Sequence record: NZ_CP084927.1
Length of the DNA stretch: 27,292 nt
Origin: a plasmid
Strand: one strand, 5' to 3'
A program made the position numbers and the translations under genes. Under the pieces are notes generated by a model, which saw only the letters and a program-made list of their open reading frames with translations, made no database searches and was not told the DNA's origin. This document shows positions 24,020 to 27,292 of the stretch, in pieces (position 1 is the first letter of the stretch; each line of letters opens with the position of its first letter).

Positions 24020-25945
24020 ATGAAAATTATTAATATTGGAGTTTTAGCTCATGTTGATGCAGGAAAAACTACCTTAACAGAAAGCTTATTATATAACAGT
24101 GGAGCGATTACAGAATTAGGAAGCGTGGACAAAGGTACAACGAGGACGGATAATACGCTTTTAGAACGTCAGAGAGGAATTACAATTCAGACAGGAATAA
24201 CCTCTTTTCAGTGGGAAAATACGAAGGTGAACATCATAGACACGCCAGGACATATGGATTTCTTAGCAGAAGTATATCGTTCATTATCAGTTTTAGATGG
24301 GGCAATTCTACTGATTTCTGCAAAAGATGGCGTACAAGCACAAACTCGTATATTATTTCATGCACTTAGGAAAATGGGGATTCCCACAATCTTTTTTATC
24401 AATAAGATTGACCAAAATGGAATTGATTTATCAACGGTTTATCAGGATATTAAAGAGAAACTTTCTGCCGAAATTGTAATCAAACAGAAGGTAGAACTGT
24501 ATCCTAATATATGTGTGACGAACTTTACCGAATCTGAACAATGGGATACGGTAATAGAGGGAAACGATGACCTTTTAGAGAAATATATGTCCGGTAAATC
24601 ATTAGAAGCATTGGAACTCGAACAAGAGGAAAGCATAAGATTTCATAATTGTTCCCTGTTCCCTGTTTATCACGGAAGTGCAAAAAAAAATATAGGGATT
24701 GATAACCTTATAGAAGTGATTACGAATAAATTTTATTCATCAACACATCGAGGTCCGTCTGAACTTTGCGGAAATGTTTTCAAAATTGAATATACAAAAA
24801 AAAGACAACGTCTTGCATATATACGCCTTTATAGTGGAGTACTACATTTACGAGATTCGGTTAGAGTATCAGAATCAGAAAAAGAAAAAATAAAAGTTAC
24901 AGAAATGTATACTTCAATAAATGGTGAATTATGTAAGATTGATAGAGCTTATTCTGGAGAAATTGTTATTTTGCAAAATGAGTTTTTGAAGTTAAATAGT
25001 GTTCTTGGAGATACAAAACTATTGCCACAGAGAAAAAAGATTGAAAATCCGCACCCTCTACTACAAACAACTGTTGAACCGAGTAAACCTGAACAGAGAG
25101 AAATGTTGCTTGATGCCCTTTTGGAAATCTCAGATAGTGATCCGCTTCTACGATATTACGTGGATTCTACGACACATGAAATTATACTTTCTTTCTTAGG
25201 GAAAGTACAAATGGAAGTGACTTGTGCTCTATTGCAAGAAAAGTATCATGTGGAGGTAAAAATAAAAAAGCCTACAGTCATTTATATGGAAAGACCGTTA
25301 AAAAAAGCAGAGTATACCATTCACATCGAAGTGCCACCGAATCCCTTCTGGGCTTCCATTGGTCTTTCTGTAGCACCGCTTCCATTAGGGAGCGGAGTAC
25401 AGTATGAGAGCTCGGTTTCTCTTGGATACTTAAATCAATCGTTTCAAAATGCAGTTATGGAAGGGATACGATATGGCTGTGAACAAGGATTGTATGGTTG
25501 GAATGTGACGGACTGTAAAATCTGTTTTAAGTATGGCTTATACTATAGCCCTGTTAGTACCCCAGCAGATTTTCGGATGCTTGCTCCTATTGTATTGGAA
25601 CAAGTCTTAAAAAAAGCTGGAACAGAATTGTTAGAGCCATATCTTAGTTTTAAAATTTATGCGCCACAGGAATATCTTTCACGAGCATACAACGATGCTC
25701 CTAAATATTGTGCGAACATCGTAGACACTCAATTGAAAAATAATGAGGTCATTCTTAGTGGAGAAATCCCTGCTCGGTGTATTCAAGAATATCGTAGTGA
25801 TTTAACTTTCTTTACAAATGGACGTAGTGTTTGTTTAACAGAGTTAAAAGGGTACCATGTTACTACCGGTGAACCTGTTTGCCAGCCCCGTCGTCCAAAT
25901 AGTCGGATAGATAAAGTACGATATATGTTCAATAAAATAACTTAG
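24020..25945 (+). CDS. tet(M): Ribosomal protection protein Tet(M).
   Basis: 641 aa from [24 protein letters not shown]..., an EF-G-like GTPase matching Tet(M) along its length. SD ggagg. The ORF-track start 24005 overlaps the leader stop and is rejected. Confidence 0.95.
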   Translation: MKIINIGVLAHVDAGKTTLTESLLYNSGAITELGSVDKGTTRTDNTLLERQRGITIQTGITSFQWENTKVNIIDTPGHMDFLAEVYRSLSVLDGAILLISAKDGVQAQTRILFHALRKMGIPTIFFINKIDQNGIDLSTVYQDIKEKLSAEIVIKQKVELYPNICVTNFTESEQWDTVIEGNDDLLEKYMSGKSLEALELEQEESIRFHNCSLFPVYHGSAKKNIGIDNLIEVITNKFYSSTHRGPSELCGNVFKIEYTKKRQRLAYIRLYSGVLHLRDSVRVSESEKEKIKVTEMYTSINGELCKIDRAYSGEIVILQNEFLKLNSVLGDTKLLPQRKKIENPHPLLQTTVEPSKPEQREMLLDALLEISDSDPLLRYYVDSTTHEIILSFLGKVQMEVTCALLQEKYHVEVKIKKPTVIYMERPLKKAEYTIHIEVPPNPFWASIGLSVAPLPLGSGVQYESSVSLGYLNQSFQNAVMEGIRYGCEQGLYGWNVTDCKICFKYGLYYSPVSTPADFRMLAPIVLEQVLKKAGTELLEPYLSFKIYAPQEYLSRAYNDAPKYCANIVDTQLKNNEVILSGEIPARCIQEYRSDLTFFTNGRSVCLTELKGYHVTTGEPVCQPRRPNSRIDKVRYMFNKIT

Positions 25946-26042
25946 TGTATTTTATGTTGTTATATAAATATGGTTTCTTGTTAAATAAGATGAAATATTT
26001 TTTAATAAAGATTTGAATTAAAGTGTAAAGGAGGAATTAATT

Positions 26043-26105
26043 ATGAAGTGAAATGAATGTAACAGGGTTCAATTAAAAGAGGGAAGCGTATCATTAACCC
26101 TATAA
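26043..26105 (+). promoter_or_regulatory. tet(L) leader-peptide region, apparently interrupted by an in-frame TGA at codon 3.
   Basis: Reads ATG AAG TGA then AAT GAA TGT AAC AGG GTT CAA TTA AAA GAG GGA AGC GTA TCA TTA ACC CTA TAA. From memory the canonical leader is [20 protein letters not shown]. Confidence 0.45.
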
Positions 26106-26138
26106 ACTACGTCTGCCCTCATTATTGGAGGTTGAAAT

Positions 26139-27292
26139 ATGAATACATCCTATTCACAATCGAATTTACGACACAACCAAATTTTAATTTGGCTTTGCAT
26201 TTTATCTTTTTTTAGCGTATTAAATGAAATGGTTTTGAACGTCTCATTACCTGATATTGCAAATGATTTTAATAAACCACCTGCGAGTACAAACTGGGTG
26301 AACACAGCCTTTATGTTAACCTTTTCCATTGGAACAGCTGTATATGGAAAGCTATCTGATCAATTAGGCATCAAAAGGTTACTCCTATTTGGAATTATAA
26401 TAAATTGTTTCGGGGCGTTAATTGGGTTTGTTGGCCATTCTTTCTTTTCCTTACTTATTATGGCTCGTTTTATTCAAGGGGCTGGTGCAGCTGCATTTCC
26501 AGCACTCGTAATGGTTGTAGTTGCGCGCTATATTCCAAAGGAAAATAGGGGTAAAGCATTTGGTCTTATTGGATCGATAGTAGCCATGGGAGAAGGAGTC
26601 GGTCCAGCGATTGGTGGAATGATAGCCCATTATATTCATTGGTCCTATCTTCTACTCATTCCTATGATAACAATTATCACTGTTCCGTTTCTTATGAAAT
26701 TATTAAAGAAAGAAGTAAGGATAAAAGGTCATTTTGATATCAAAGGAATTATACTAATGTCTGTAGGCATTGTATTTTTTATGTTGTTTACAACATCATA
26801 TAGCATTTCTTTTCTTATCGTTAGCGTGCTGTCATTCCTGATATTTGTAAAACATATCAGGAAAGTAACAGATCCTTTTGTTGATCCCGGATTAGGGAAA
26901 AATATACCTTTTATGATTGGAGTTCTTTGTGGGGGAATTATATTTGGAACAGTAGCAGGGTTTGTCTCTATGGTTCCTTATATGATGAAAGATGTTTACC
27001 AGCTAAGTACTGCCGAAATCGGAAGTGTAATTATTTCCCCTGGAACAATGAGTGTCATTATTTTCGGCTACATTGGTGGGATACTTGTTGATAGAAGAGG
27101 TCCTTTATACGTGTTAAACATCGGAGTTACATTTATTTCTGTTAGCTTTTTAACTGCTTCCTTTCTTTTAGAAACAACATCATGGTTCATGACAATTATA
27201 ATCGTATTTGTTTTAGGTGGGCTTTCGTTCACCAAAACAGTTATATCAACAATTGTTTCAAGTAGCTTGAAACAGCAGGAAGCTGGTGCTGG
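26139..27292 (+). CDS. tet(L): Tetracycline efflux MFS transporter Tet(L), N-terminal 384 codons. It continues at 1..223.
   Basis: [44 protein letters not shown]... is diagnostic of Tet(L). SD ggagg. The ORF is open to the window end. Confidence 0.95.
   Translation, partial: MNTSYSQSNLRHNQILIWLCILSFFSVLNEMVLNVSLPDIANDFNKPPASTNWVNTAFMLTFSIGTAVYGKLSDQLGIKRLLLFGIIINCFGALIGFVGHSFFSLLIMARFIQGAGAAAFPALVMVVVARYIPKENRGKAFGLIGSIVAMGEGVGPAIGGMIAHYIHWSYLLLIPMITIITVPFLMKLLKKEVRIKGHFDIKGIILMSVGIVFFMLFTTSYSISFLIVSVLSFLIFVKHIRKVTDPFVDPGLGKNIPFMIGVLCGGIIFGTVAGFVSMVPYMMKDVYQLSTAEIGSVIISPGTMSVIIFGYIGGILVDRRGPLYVLNIGVTFISVSFLTASFLLETTSWFMTIIIVFVLGGLSFTKTVISTIVSSSLKQQEAGA

Noticed and set aside
24442-25407. Small ORFs 24442-24636 (minus), 24999-25199 (plus) and 25222-25407 (plus).
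   Set aside because: They are alternative-frame or antisense ORFs inside tet(M).
23618-25990. Complete Tn916-like conjugative transposon.
   Set aside because: Only the tet(M) promoter/leader/gene segment is present. No int, xis, relaxase or conjugation genes of Tn916 are found.

Overview
The window is best read as a complete circular ~27.3-kb mosaic multiresistance plasmid of a low-GC Gram-positive host. A tet(L) gene starts at 26139, runs off the 3' end and continues in frame at position 1 to give a full 458-aa Tet(L), so the window is a circular molecule cut inside tet(L).

Identified content:
- Resistance genes: a tet(M) with an intact Tn916-type leader/attenuator sits directly upstream of tet(L) and its leader. 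There is a pC221-type cat with its MKKSEDYSS leader and attenuator, and lnu(A).
- Backbone and mobility: a MobV (Pre/Mob) relaxase with its oriT/RSA, plus a second, orphan pMV158-type oriT. A Rep_3 (RepB) theta replicon with 22-bp iterons. A serine resolvase. One IS200/IS605-family element (tnpA and tnpB divergent).
- Rep_trans module: a Rep_trans-family initiator/relaxase-like gene coupled to a GH25-LysM muramidase. Its upstream region is repeated three times, twice as truncated 5' remnants arranged as a large inverted repeat.
- Small-peptide modules: a par(pAD1)-like Fst type I toxin-antitoxin locus, and two copies of a second small cationic membrane-peptide family whose Shine-Dalgarno (SD) is sequestered in a hairpin.

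The two most interesting, apparently undescribed, systems are:
1. A compact peptide natural-product operon at 14755-18627. It comprises a 41-aa precursor-like ORF with an attenuator hairpin, an ATP-grasp ligase, a SagB-type dehydrogenase with no YcaO partner, a thioredoxin-fold protein lacking CxxC, and an MFS exporter.
2. A Sec-secreted colicin-DNase-type HNH nuclease toxin with a translationally coupled SUKH/SMI1-KNR4 immunity gene at 18702-20107.
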